DNA of 63,036 bases, counting the filler, from Chrysochromulina tobinii (lineage: Eukaryota), in NCBI GenBank assembly GCA_001275005.1. It is 12 parts of 12 records of this genome, joined end to end, with 100 filler letters (N's around TTAATTAATTAA, not from the genome) between each part and the next. Parts side by side here need not be neighbours in the genome. Positions count along the whole stretch, not along the records: positions 11,098 to 14,810 come from JWZX01000034.1; positions 14,911 to 23,378 come from JWZX01000035.1; 10 more parts are not named here. One strand, written 5' to 3'. Made by a program: the position numbers and the translations under genes. A model generated the notes under the pieces. The model was not told the origin of the DNA and searched no databases. It worked only from the letters and a program-made list of their open reading frames with translations. Of the stretch, positions 11,098-22,852 are shown in pieces (position 1 is the first letter of the stretch; the number at the start of each line of letters is the position of its first letter).

Positions 11098-14090
11098 GGC
11101 CTGTGCGACACGCGGACCGAAGAGCTCGGCTTCCAGCCTCCTCGCCTCGGCGCGCAGATCCGCGGAGAGGTATGAGACGCTTACCCATGATTCTTCCCAC
11201 ATGTCTCCATCTGAATCCTCCCCCTCCCATTCGACTAGAACGTCTAATGGGCGACCACGCCGACCGTCGTGTCGTCGCACAGCCATGATGCGCCGTACTG
11301 CCCAGCGCCCGCCATCGTCTGCCTCCCGACCCGCAACCACGGGTGCCATTGCTACACGCTGCCTAGTGTCCCGCCTACTTCGTGCTACCTCTTGCCTCCT
11401 CCGTTTGTTCCGCTGAGGATCCACGCGTGGCTCGATCTCAATGTGTATAACGTCCCCCACCTCCTCCGCGGGTTGACCGCTAAGGGTATGGTGCTTCTCG
11501 ATTGCCTCCGGACCGAAATGGAGCGCAGCAGGCCCCTGTCCGACCCGCACGAAGTGTCCCATCCGAAGATTGCAGATGCCCAGTGCCCTCCATTCGCCCG
11601 CACTCAGAGTCTGCTTGACCTCTAAGATCGCCCTGAGACCCTCGTGTACGAGCTCAAACCGCTCCTCCACCTCTTCCTCCGTGAGAATCTGCCAACGCAG
11701 GCCGTTGGCCAGGCAGGCCCACCGTCGCATGCCTTCCCGTTGTACAGCTAGCGCCCTATTGCGCGAAAGTTGCGCCTGCCTGCGCACATTGAGGTTGTAC
11801 TCTCCCCAACCTCCCGTTCGCAGCCAACGCCGCCACGCCCACCGCTGCATGAAGCGTAGATCCATCAAGCTGGTAGGAGCAACCGGGAACTCTCGCCATA
11901 CTCCTAGGGCTGCCTCATAGAGCAGCTCACGCAAGTGATGCCGCCCCGCTCCGTGACATATCCGCCTACCGCTCCTGCCTTTGCCCTGAGCTAGTACGAT
12001 GCGCCATGCCACCCACACACGCATCCGCAGCCACTCCGCGGGCGTACTGGTGGCCTTTTCCTCCACGATCGCCGCCCGTTGCCTCTCGACTGCCTTCCGT
12101 AGGCGTCGCCTTTCGTACCCATCCAGCTGTGTCGTTACTACTATATGCGCACTTTCCAATCGTAGGCTACGCAGCCCGACGGCACGTTGCACGGTCGTGC
12201 GCAACAGCACGCGGCCCCACGCCCCAAAGATCTTGCCAAGTAGACGCAGGTCGTTCAAGCGTGCCCAAAACGCCTCTCGTCGCTCCTTGCAGTGTTCCTT
12301 GCCAAGTTTTTGTAGCTGACACCCACTCAGCACCATGTCCGTCACCGCTAGCCTCCATCGACCGCTCGTGTCGGCCCGCGAGCCAGTGATGCGTATCGCA
12401 CCCGCGGCAGCGGCTCGCAACAATTCTGTCTCCCAGTCGTCCCTCAACCCTCGCGCGATTTGATTGTGTAGACATTGTCGTTGAGCATCTGAGCCGATCG
12501 CGCCACTTTCAGCCTCCCATCCTCGCATCCCCTGATGAATTAATAAGATGAGGTCGTTCAGTTGACTGTGTGGCACAAGCTCCTTGCCCTTTTGCAGCTC
12601 CACCATGCACCGGCGAACTTCAACCGCTCTCAACGCATACGCCTTACGTGCGGCCAACATGGGCGCACCGGTGCACTCAAACTGAAAGTGCCACCACGTG
12701 GGTCTTTTTTCCGCCCGCGCGAACCACCTGCCCTGGCTGCAGATTGCATCTCCAGCAAGGACTCCACTGCCTCCACCGTCCAATTCCTCCTGAGCCGAGA
12801 CTAGAGCTATGCTGCCTTGTTGCCCAAATAAACGCGCCGCGACTAATCCCGCGAACTGGGGAAGATGTATGACTCGACGCCTCGCGGCCGCTGATGGATG
12901 AATCTCCCGCCAGCCGCCACAGTCTTCCAGGCAGCCAAAGGGACACCACTCCGCCGAGCAAATTCTTTTCACCCGGATATCAGCGTACGGTTGATCCACA
13001 TACTGACAGCGACGCGATGCAATTTCGTCGCAGATCTGCATCGCCTCAGGCGTGATCCCGAGAAGTTGAACGTGCTCGTCCGGATTGTTTAGTATAGTCC
13101 CCTTGACTCGAAGCCGAAGACGATTGGCTACAATCTGACCCATGCCACGCATAGCGTAGTCCTGCGCCGATCGTCTCCCGTGCTGCGGAAAAGTGAGCGA
13201 CGCGAATTCAATGCGTCCGCGCGGGATGGGGTAGTCGTCATCGACGCCAAACTTGTCGCACATCATATCCGCCCACTCATTTAGTGGTTCGCCCACATGA
13301 GATGTTTGCCAAATGAGCACTAGCGCCGCGACCCTGCGCCTTAAGCGCTCGAAATGCTCGAGAAGATCCGCGGCCAGACGGTCCCCTCTTGCGCGGGCAC
13401 TGAGACGACCAAATCGGAGCATAGCTCGCACCGGCGATGTAGCGTCGAAGACGAGTATAACGCGTTCGTCCGTGCCACGCGAGATCGCATCCGTGAGAGC
13501 GTCCAGTTGAGCAGCCAGCTCAGCAATGTAGTTGTCTTCGTGGACGTCTTTTTCAAACACCCGCCCACCTAGCACGTTGCCCTCATGGTCGATCGCCGCC
13601 CTCGTAGCGATCCGCACCTCCCCCGACTCTGTCTTGACGCTCCGCCATCCACCGTCAAGAGTGTAAACTCGTGTGGCGCAAATCCGCGCCGACCACGTCG
13701 TGAGTTTCTCCCAAAGGTTGCGCTGTGCAGCAAGCTGTACGTGCGTTTGCTGCCTCTTAACTCCGTCGCCAGGAAGTACATCAACGTCCCCCAGCGCTAT
13801 CCTAGCCCGCGCCACGATCTGCACGGCCGGGTCCAATAGTCTCAATTGAAGTTGTTGAAGCCGACCGCCACCTCGCGTGCAAAGGAAGCCTTCAGTGTCG
13901 AATCCATACAGAGATCGTATAACACCAGCCCGGTCCATCCAGCCCGATATGAAGCCCTGTTCGTCAATGTCGCGACGGCACATCCAAGACGCACCTGTGA
14001 AGAGGGGTCCGTTGGCGGTTCCTCCCCGTCCAGGTATTTGGGGGAAATATTCACTTTCGATTTGGTCACAACAAATTTAGATGCTTGACG
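11098..14090 (-). mobile_element. 3' part of a non-LTR retrotransposon ORF2: RNase H, CCHC-like knuckle, C-terminal chromodomain (RT not present in window)
   Basis: RNase H catalytic set YTLDG / YIAEL / VFDA / SHVGEPLNEWAD. CPFGC...TWWHFQFEC knuckle. WAVRRIMAVR...LVEWEG...EESWVSVSYL chromodomain. Confidence 0.8.
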
Positions 14091-14103
14091 TACCGGTACT
14101 TAG

Positions 14104-14331
14104 GGTCGGGTTTGCTGGGGGCGGCCTCTTCTGAGTCGGCCGCGGGGAGCGGTCGGCTTCGGGCTTGCGCGGTTGCGGCTGTTGAGTCGGCCGCGGCTTC
14201 GGTCGTCGCGCTGACGTGCGGGGTGTTTGTTGTTGGTGGGTTTGGTTGGTTGTGAGATTGGTCTGTGTGCCTTTGTGCGTCCGCGTGTCCCGTGTGTCCC
14301 GTGTGTGTCCCGGCTCCCCCCGGTGTCTTTT
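14104..14331 (+). mobile_element. Short (228 bp) non-coding insertion with a 13-bp target-site duplication
   Basis: TACCGGTACTTAG at 14091-14103 and 14332-14344. One end recurs in reverse orientation at about 16001-16040 on another contig. Confidence 0.8.
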
Positions 14332-14459
14332 TACCGGTACTTAGAAACTGTAATTAGAGACGCGTCGAAACCATTATAATACGATTAGATCCTCATGCGG
14401 GCCATTGAGCGGGCCACGCCTCGCCCTCCCCGTGGACGCGCGTGCCTCTGGGCATGCAG

Positions 14460-14810
14460 ACCGCCCCGTCCAAGTCGGTCATCATCGGCCCGTCGCCTGG
14501 CGCGCTCGGGCGTGTGACCGCCCGCGCAACTGGCGAGTTCGAACTGGAAGCGCGGAATAATGCCGACCGCCCTTCCAAGCATGGGGGTGACTCGCTATCG
14601 GTCAAATTCTCTGGAACAGCAGCCGCGACGGTCGCCGACATCGAGGAGCTACCCGAGGGCCGGTACAAAGTTTCATTCGTGGCGCCCAATGCGGGAAGCT
14701 ATCAGGTAACCGTCAAAATGAACGGCGAACACATAAAGGACTCGCCGTTCAAGCTCACCGTGAGCGCGCCAAGCGCGCAGGCCAACATGTGCAAGGTGTC
14801 GGGCAAGGGT
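14460..14810 (+). CDS. Filamin/ABP280 repeat-containing protein, partial exon
   Basis: GGDSLSVKFSG...EGRYKVSFVAPNAGSYQVTVKMNGEHIKDSPFKLTV is a filamin Ig-like repeat; a second repeat starts at the contig end. Confidence 0.88.
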
Positions 14811-16000
14811 NNNNNNNNNNNNNNNNNNNNNNNNNNNNNNNNNNNNNNNNNNNNTTAATTAATTAANNNNNNNNNNNNNNNNNNNNNNNNNNNNNNNNNN
14901 NNNNNNNNNNACTGCTGCCGAGGCTGCGAAGGACGTGGCCGAAGTGATGGCGATCGTACACGCCGAGAAGCACGCGCGTGAGGAGATCGAGCGCCACTCT
15001 ATCCCGAACTCCGAGACTTTCGAATCCGATCCGAATAACCGCGTCTTGCGAAGCAATATTAGAGAAGCGCTAAGCGCCGGTACTACCCATGGTGCTATCA
15101 AGCTACCAAAGGGTGAAGGACTCGCGGCTGCAACGTTATACTGTTCGAGTCGGTTGTGTTGCAGCCGCGTCGAGCAGCCGCGATCGTCACTTCACTTAAA
15201 ATGTGCCGTGCGTTACGTAACTGTTCGCGGTCGGCTGTGTTGCATGTTGGTTGTTGGTTGTTGGCGCCCGTACAATATTAATCACAATCAGTTTCTGGTG
15301 GCGGAGATGCGGCCCGGGTGGTGGACGCTGAAGACATGACCATGGGTGTGATCTTCTGCATAGTGTGCGTGCCCGTTGCGTGCCCGCGCTAAACTTTGGT
15401 CGTGAACTGCGAACAGCCATGCACGTTCAGAGTCTCTGAGCGGCGCTTCATGGTAGGCTCTGGGCCTGGGCGGCGATTGATGCGGCGATTGTGCTCGAGG
15501 CACAGCAGCCGATTTGGGTCGGAGACAGGGCACCAGCTTCGGCGACTTGAGCGGCTCGCGGAGCTGCTGCGAGTCGTGCCACGCAACCGGGAAAAAATCA
15601 CTCCCCGAGGGCTGCCAAACCAGCGGAAGACGCTGAATGCAGCCTTGGCGGGACACTGCATAGCCGTATGAGCCGTGGGAGAAGCTGGAAACCGGATCGG
15701 CGGAGGACGAGAAGTTCAAGGAGGAGCGTGCCGAGGTGCAGGGTGAGAGAACAACATCGAGCACCTGGTGATTCGCAAATGGCTGGTGATTTGGCTTCCA
15801 GGATGTCCTGCCAGGTGGTGACGACGGACTCATCAACACGATGCCAGCTCCTGGCTTAAAGGCGACACGAGGCGACGAAGGTCTCGTCCTCTCGGGCGTG
15901 TGCTGATGCACTTGCATCGGAGTTCGCGTCGGGGTGTGCATCATTTGCAGAGACTGCAGAGACTTTCACGATCGGTGTGTGTTCTTACCGGTTACCGGTA

Positions 16001-16040
16001 AAAAGACACCGGGGGGAGCCGGGACACTCACGGGACACAC
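16001..16040 (-). mobile_element. Truncated (about 40 bp) copy of the 14104-14331 element
   Basis: AAAAGACACCGGGGGGAGCCGGGACAC is the reverse complement of the end of the longer copy; flanked by ACCGGTA on both sides. Confidence 0.75.
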
Positions 16041-16539
16041 CGGTACCGGTACTTTTTGTACACGTAACAGTGCCGTAGCACCGGTTGTCTGCCGTGTGAC
16101 GCCCAAAGTTACACGGCTGTGAACCCAACGTGAAGGGCCAGATTACAGGACGGTATCCATCATGGAACCAGACAGGGGGGATGCGGGAGAACCCAATGGG
16201 GGGTCTCACCGCCGTATGGGGGGAAGGGGATACCCAGGGGAAAGCCTTATAGGCACCCTGTTATGCGGTTCGTATGCCGCCCGCGCGCGGGCTGATGTTG
16301 CTCTATTCTTAGCATTGCCGACGGCCCGTCGGCGTTGCAAGTTCCCCCGGCGGCTCCGCGTGCCGACGGTCGGACCTTCGAATATCGATGCGTATCAGTT
16401 CTGGGAGTGTTATGTGTCCCCGCCCACCCACCGCGATTCAGAGCCTGGTCTAGCTTTAGCAGGGACCGGGATGTCGCGCTCACCAGGCTGCCGTTTGTGT
16501 AGGAGAGATGTGAGGTACGCCATACGCAGCGTTTTGAGC

Positions 16540-17266
16540 TATTGCGTATTGAGTCAGCCTTTTGCGTATTACGCAATACAGTTTGACAGGGTTTGCCTAT
16601 TGCGTATTGCGTATTGCGTATTGCGTACCCGCTTTGAGCAGCATTGCGTATTGCGTATTGCGTATTGCGTATGGGCGTACCCACTAGGAACCACCTTGGC
16701 GCGTATTGCGTATTGCGTATTGCGTATTGCGTATTGGCGTTACCGTTAGGACGTGCATTGCGTATTGCGTATTGCGTTTTGCGTATTGCGTACTGGGGCG
16801 AAGACCCTTGCGTCTTGCGTCTTGCGTCTTGCGTTTTGCGTTTTGCGTTTTGCGTTTCGCGTTTTGCGCTTTGCGTTTTGCGCTTTGGGGCTTTTGACCC
16901 GCATTGCGGATTGCGTATTGGGGCTTTGACCCGCATTGCGTATTGCGTATTGCGTTTGCGGATTGCGTATTGGGGCTTTGACCCGCATTGCGTATTGCGT
17001 ATTTTGTTTGCGTTTTGCGTATTGGGGCTTTGACCCGCATTGCGTTTTGCGTTTTGCGTTTGCGTTTTGCGTTTTGCGTTTTGCGTTATGCGTTTTGCAT
17101 GCGTTTTGCGTCTTGCATTTTGCGTTTTGAGTTTTGCGTTTTGCGTTTTGCGTATTGCGTATTGCGTTTTGCGTTTTGCGTTTTGCGTTTTGCGTATTGC
17201 GTATTGCGTTTTGCGTTTTGCGTTTTGCGTTTTGCGTTTTGCGTTTTGCGTTTTGCGTTTTGCGTT
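16540..17266. repeat. Heptamer tandem array (TTGCGTA / TTGCGTT) with interspersed GGGGCTTTGACCCGCA units
   Basis: Directly visible, about 720 bp. Confidence 0.97.
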
Positions 17267-17418
17267 TCGTCAGTTTCGTCACATCCTGACCACAATGGAC
17301 GGAACTGACGAAACCCTCGAAATCTAGAAACCGTCGGATAGGCGTGAGGTACGCCGCAGCCTCTCGGCAAGGGGGGGTAGGGGTAACCGTCATGTTAATA
17401 CTTTTACGTGTTAACGGT

Positions 17419-19827
17419 CTACGATGTGGCCAACTTGCGGCGCATGCTCCTCTTGATGGGCACTTGCATGAGGTATCGGTTGCGCTCATGAAGCAGGTGC
17501 AACAACATGAACTGAAATCTCCCCTTTGACATGCCTCGAAACATATGCTTGCTGCGTGCGAGCCATGAAAAGGACTGCTCGGCAGCTTCTGTCTGAGAGT
17601 CGTCCGACAGTGCCTCACACTTTGAAGGGTCGACCCATTGCTTGCAGAACTTTCCCACGTGGTTCCGAAAGTGGAAGCGGTCGACAACTAGCACGAGGAC
17701 GTTGAGCACCCAGGCCACGAATTTGCTCTTGGCCTCTCGCAGTTGCCAGAACCTTAGTAGATGGCAGGCATCATCATACGCTATCACTTTGGGGGGTGAG
17801 ATGCGATGCAAGTGCATGATGGCGTAGAAGAAGGCGTGGACGCATCTGAGGGATTCATTGGCAACTATCTCGTCGACGGCTAGAAACAATCCGCAGGACG
17901 AGACGAGCGCCAGCACCCCTGCAGTGGTTCTTCGAATTTCCCCCGCATATTGAAGCTCCTTCAGGTTATTGCAGCCAACGTCGATCATTCCTTGATTGCT
18001 GTCTTCAAAGTCGCCGGTGCTCGCATTCTGCAGCGCGGCTGCCCGTACGCCGGCGTGGCGCGTGTTGCTTGACGGCGGTCCTTCGGAGGCGCTCATCGTC
18101 GGGCCAGATGCTGCGGTGTCGCTGCTTGCGCTCGCTTCTGAGTGTTTCTGCATCCATTCCTCAGTGTCCTTCTTACGTTCACGAGCCTGAGCACGCTTTT
18201 GCTCAGCCGCCTTGCGAGCCGCTTCCACTTGGCTTCCTGGTGCTGCCTCGACGCCAGCTTCAAGAGCGGCTTTGTTGATGTCACATTCGCACGTCCAGTA
18301 CAAGTCGTCATAGCCCACAAACTTGACTTGATATTCGGAGTGCTTGTTGCGCATGCACTCTTTGACACGCTTTGTGCGGTTGGTCTGCGCTGCGTTCCTC
18401 TGGAGAGCGGCTCTCTTGTCCACAAGCTTCTCGACCAGGAACATAGCTTGGGCCTGCGCATCCAACGGTGTCCTCTCGTCGGGTGCAGATTCAACGAGAT
18501 CCTCTTGTTCAATGGCCTCCACAGCAGCTTCGACATTCATCGCAGCATCGGAGGGTTCTGCGGGTGCCGTGGCACTGGCACTTGGCTCGGGCTCGAGCTC
18601 GGGCTTCGAACTCGGCGCGGCCGGCGCGGAGAGCGCGGTCGGCTCGGGCGGCGTGGTCGGCGCGGGCGGCCCGGGCGGCACGAGCAGCGCGAGCGCCGGC
18701 GCGGCCGGCTCGCACGGCTCGCACGGACCGCATACGGCAGGGCGATACGCAGCAGCCTCATTGCAACAGAAGCAGAACCGTTGGCCCCGCATTGGCGTGC
18801 GGTCGCATGGCATGATGTTGATGCCTATTTCGCCAAGGTCCACCTCGCGAGCTGCATCATTGTCGCACACGGTGCGCTTCACTTTCATGTGGCCGTCGAC
18901 AATCCAAATGCAATCCTCGTGACCACTTGGCACTCGACATCTCAAATGGTGCTCTCCAGCGTAGAGCCTTGTGAATCTGGGAGACAGAAGTGCGACGTAG
19001 GATTGAAGCGTGCGATCAAGGTCGGATTGCCCCTGCATCATCGTGTAGCGGCTGAACGCCATTGGCGTCTCCAACGCATGCTCCTGCAATCCGAACTCAT
19101 CGAGCATGAGCATGAGCGCAAAGATCAGATACGCACTCTGGAACGGGTATCTCGGTAGGTGCGTTCCAGTTAACGAAAAGTATTCCGAGGCAAAGGTCTC
19201 GAAGGCCGTGTGCGAATGCACAGCTTGTGTCTTCATACGCAGCAGCAGATCGGGCACTGAGAATACCACTTGGCCGTCTGGTCCTTGAAAGTACGGCGCT
19301 GCGATGCTGTCACGGATGAAGCGGCAGTGGCCTTTTGGGATCGAGCCCAAAGTCGCAAAGTTGAGCCCGTGGTGAGCACCGCATGCCGCGCAGAACTTCG
19401 CATGCAACTCGCCTGCTCGCGCTCCACGTGCGGAGTAGATTGTTGGCGAAAGGTGCCGAACCGTCAGTCGCCCATCTTTCCCAAGTTGCAGGTTCGTGCT
19501 GCCGCACGCCGCGCAGCTTGTTGCAGGCGACACCAGAATGATTTCATCGTCCGTCGCTGGATTGCGAGCGCGAAGAATGTTCAGCAACCTCGCGAATCGC
19601 GGCGCGACGATACCTCGCAGCCGCTCGCGCAGCAGCTTCATGCCGAATGCTCCTCCAGGCAGCGTATAGCCACGCTGTTGCATTCGCTTGGCCATTGCAG
19701 CGTCGCGGTCCGGCATTTCTTGAGGTAGCGCGGCTTCCAGATCCACAAAATCTGCAAGCGCATCGGCCGTCTCCAGCGGAGCGAAGAGCCTGCCGAGCTC
19801 CCGCAACGCTTCCGCCGCGCGCTCCAT
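17419..19827 (-). mobile_element. KDZ (Kyakuja/Dileera/Zisupton) transposase, 802 aa, with CxC-type Cys clusters and an inserted chromodomain
   Basis: CAAC...CAAC N-terminal cluster. IVDGHMKVKRTVC...CDRTP....RFC. TAGVLALVSSCG...E...ES, IAYDDACHL, VDRFHFRNH....C and TEAAEQSFSWL are characteristic KDZ core motifs. The ORF is uninterrupted. Confidence 0.88.
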
Positions 19828-19905
19828 GTCGCGCGCGCGCGCGCAGCAGATGCACCGCGCACCGCGAGCACGCGTAACGAACGGATTTACGGATTTGGAG
19901 ATTCC

Positions 19906-19961
19906 CGCGACGGTGGTTTCAAGACACCGACGATCGTCGGTGTCTTGAAACCACCGTCGCG
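19906..19961. repeat. Perfect 56-bp palindrome (no loop)
   Basis: CGCGACGGTGGTTTCAAGACACCGACGA|TCGTCGGTGTCTTGAAACCACCGTCGCG. Confidence 0.97.
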
Positions 19962-20348
19962 CAATCTTGGTGCCCGCCTTTTGCGTTCACCCCTACTTCG
20001 CCCCCGGCGGTGTGAGCTTCCCCGTTGGGTGATTGCGGTCTCACCCCGCCCGCGTGTGCTCGTGGCAGCGCCCCCTTCGTTTCGATCCATACACTCTTGG
20101 AGCTCGGGGCTCAGTACACATTTGTTAGTTTGGAAAACATGGAGGCGCGCGCTGCGATAGGCGCCGAAACTGTTCCGGAAACACCAAGCGCCGCGCTCAG
20201 GATCGAAGTTCGAGATCTGCATCCAAATTAGGGTGAAATCCGGAGCGCGGCGAATCAAACTTCACACAAACTTGTGGGGCCACGACAGCGTGTTGCGACG
20301 AGCGGCTGTTCATTGGCTGCCTCGCCCAGCTGCGCGCTCGCGCCTGCT

Positions 20349-22852
20349 ATGGATCAAGGGTACGACGACCTTGGCGATGCGAATGACCATCTAGCTGCAC
20401 CTGCTCCTGCTGCCCACGAAGGTGCCCGCCGCCATCTTCCTCTGGTCCCTCGCACTGATGATTTCCTCATGTGGCCACGCCTTGCTTGTTGCGCTGCTCC
20501 TCGCCCGTGGGAACTGCAGATGATGGAGCCGACAAGGTCCAGTTCGTGCGCGAGGCCAACCTGAGCGAGAAGCAACTCTTCGCGCGGTCGGTGGCTGTGT
20601 CACGCAAATATGCCGGGAGGCTGCTGCCTGCTGCGATCCTGGGCATGACGACTACCCTTGCGAACGTCTACCTCGTTCCCGAGCTCTTCGTCTCCGCGCT
20701 CCTGCTGCCCATGGTGCTCTCGTTCTGCAATCGACTCTCCTTCGCCGCTTTCATTGCGAAGCGGGCCACGGACGGCGCGCAGGGCGGCTCCATGATCAGG
20801 CGTCGCCGTCCGTGGGTTGCGTTCCGTTCCAAAGGGTGGCAAGAAAGGCCGAATATGACGCTTGCGCTTTTATCTACGTCGGGCGCCAATAAGTCGGCTG
20901 TGCTCGCCGATCTCCAAGCGACCGTAGCCGATGTCTGCAAGTACCGCCAAGTTCACAACTACATCGCGACGGACTACACTCTCGAGGCTGTGCAAGCGCT
21001 CATGGGAGAAACTGACGGCACTGCTCTCCTCGTTCTTGACGAGATGAAGAAGATCAAGGCCACCGACGAGTACAAGAAGAACGTCGGCAGCGGGAACGAG
21101 AAGCTCATGGAGCTGCAGTCCGGCCAGACGTTCCGCGTGATTCGCAAGGGAGGAGCGCGGCCTTCAGCTCACGACGAACATTCACCTGAGACGCCTGGAG
21201 AAGCGAGTGCCGTGAGCGTCATCGAGGCCCAGGCTCACCTCAACATTGCCGGCACCACTCACGTGCATACCGGGGCCGCCTGGTTCAAGAACGAGCAGGG
21301 TATGACAGATGGCAAGATGACCAGGTTTGACTGTGTTGCTGTCGAGGCCCAGTACAGTGACCTGCCTGATCGTGAAGACATGGAGAAGCTCGGCATTTCC
21401 ATCGACGATGGCATTGATTTGTTTCTCCTCTTCAATGTCATCGCGAGCCTGCGCGACATCTTCGTCAACGATGCGAATCGCAAAGGCATCCTGCTGCTCG
21501 ACGAGGACGCGTACGCACACTTTCAGGAGTTCATCAAGAACAACGTCAATCCCAAGCTTCGTGAACTTGCTCGCGAGCCACAGGCGGGCGCACAGGTGAG
21601 CTCGCTCTCAAAGCTCAAAGGGAAGGTCTTGAAATTCTCTGGTGCCGTCTTCCTGATGATGGTTGCAGCCGAGATATGCGCCCTCGACGAAATCCGCGAA
21701 TACGACTTTGACCCCGATGACGATAAGGACACCGTTGCGTTCACTGCCATCGTCAAAGCGACGCTGATTGTGAAGGAGCTCGTGGACCAGACCAAGGAGG
21801 GCAAGATCATCACCAAGGAGGCCCTCGAGTTTGCCATCCTCTGGGGCACAATGTTTCACGAGACTGGGATGGCTCTGCAGCACTGCATGGTACGTCGCAC
21901 GCGGCTGCCTGCTGCACTTGGATCCGAGATCTCGGCCGTGCACGCGACAAGCGACGATGATAGCGAGAGTCAGCATTCGAACGATGCAGACCGCCGCCCA
22001 AAGCACTCATTGTTCGAGATTACTGCGTGCTGGGCTGCACACGCCATCATCACAGCAAAGAAGTTTGAGGCTCATCAGGTCTCCGCGTCGTACATGTCTG
22101 CGGACTCTGCGAGGTTGATTATTGGAGATGCGGCCAACCTGACAGGTGGTCGGGTTCTCGCAAAGGGCAAGCCGCGGCCCACCTTCTATGCAGGCGCCCA
22201 GCAGCTCGTCAACGATGGTCTTGCGGCATGGATCTACGAGGGCCAGGGCCAGGGCAGCAAAAGCCGCCTGGCGACGAACAAGATTTGGGGTGTTAAGCTG
22301 ACCGACCTCGCCAAGGCTGATACCAACACTGCTCAACTCGTCCTCGCTCCTTACCTCATTACAATCGAGAAGTTCATCGAGTCATGCGCCCCGATGCCTG
22401 ATCGCGAGCGTGCCACGTATGCCCACACCGACCTCAAGAAGTTCATGCTGATGCCTCCACCTCCCGCGCCCGCGCCCGCGCTGCTCGCGCGCACCCCCGC
22501 TGACACTGGCGCTGGCGCTTCTCGCGCTTCTGGGAACCCGTCTAGCGAGGAAGGCCGTGACGAGCGTGTGCTGACGAGCCCACCTGCAGACGGCTCCCAA
22601 TGTGGCCCTCGCCGATCCTTGCGATCCCCGCGCGGAGCAAGTCAGTCACCAGCTGCTTCATCCCCTGTGGACGGAGCGCAGTCGGAGTCGCCACTACACA
22701 AGAGATCAAAGCCATCCAGCAGCTTCAGTGGCAGCATGGGTGCCGGCTCGTCCGAAGCGCCGGCAGCGCTTGTTCCAGCTCCGGCGGCTGGAAAGACGTC
22801 CCTAATGGGACGACTCCAAGTGCAATTCCGTTCTGCGGGCTTTCTTAGTTAA
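20349..22852 (+). CDS. DUF3987/YfjI-like P-loop ATPase; exons 20349-20421 and 20520-22852
   Basis: RPNMTLALLSTSGANKS (Walker A-like), DYTLEAV, LLVLDEM (Walker B), LMELQSGQTFRVIRK, LNIAGTTH and DGKMTRF (Arg finger-like) follow the DUF3987 motif order. A GT-AG phase-1 intron (20422-20519) links ATG 20349 in frame. Confidence 0.78.

Noticed and set aside
14911..15944. ORFs 14935-15339 (+) and 15288-15944 (-)
   Set aside because: No recognisable domain; the plus strand looks like decayed coding sequence with stops, so no call is supportable.
17300..17360. Hammerhead core (CTGACGA...GAAA) or Helitron 3' end (hairpin then CTAG on minus strand)
   Set aside because: No convincing stems II/III; the hairpin stem is only 5 bp and the base after CTAG is A rather than T.
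16247..17687. Overlapping ORFs such as KRKTQNA / VLRIAYC repeats
   Set aside because: Translations of the heptamer array, not genes.
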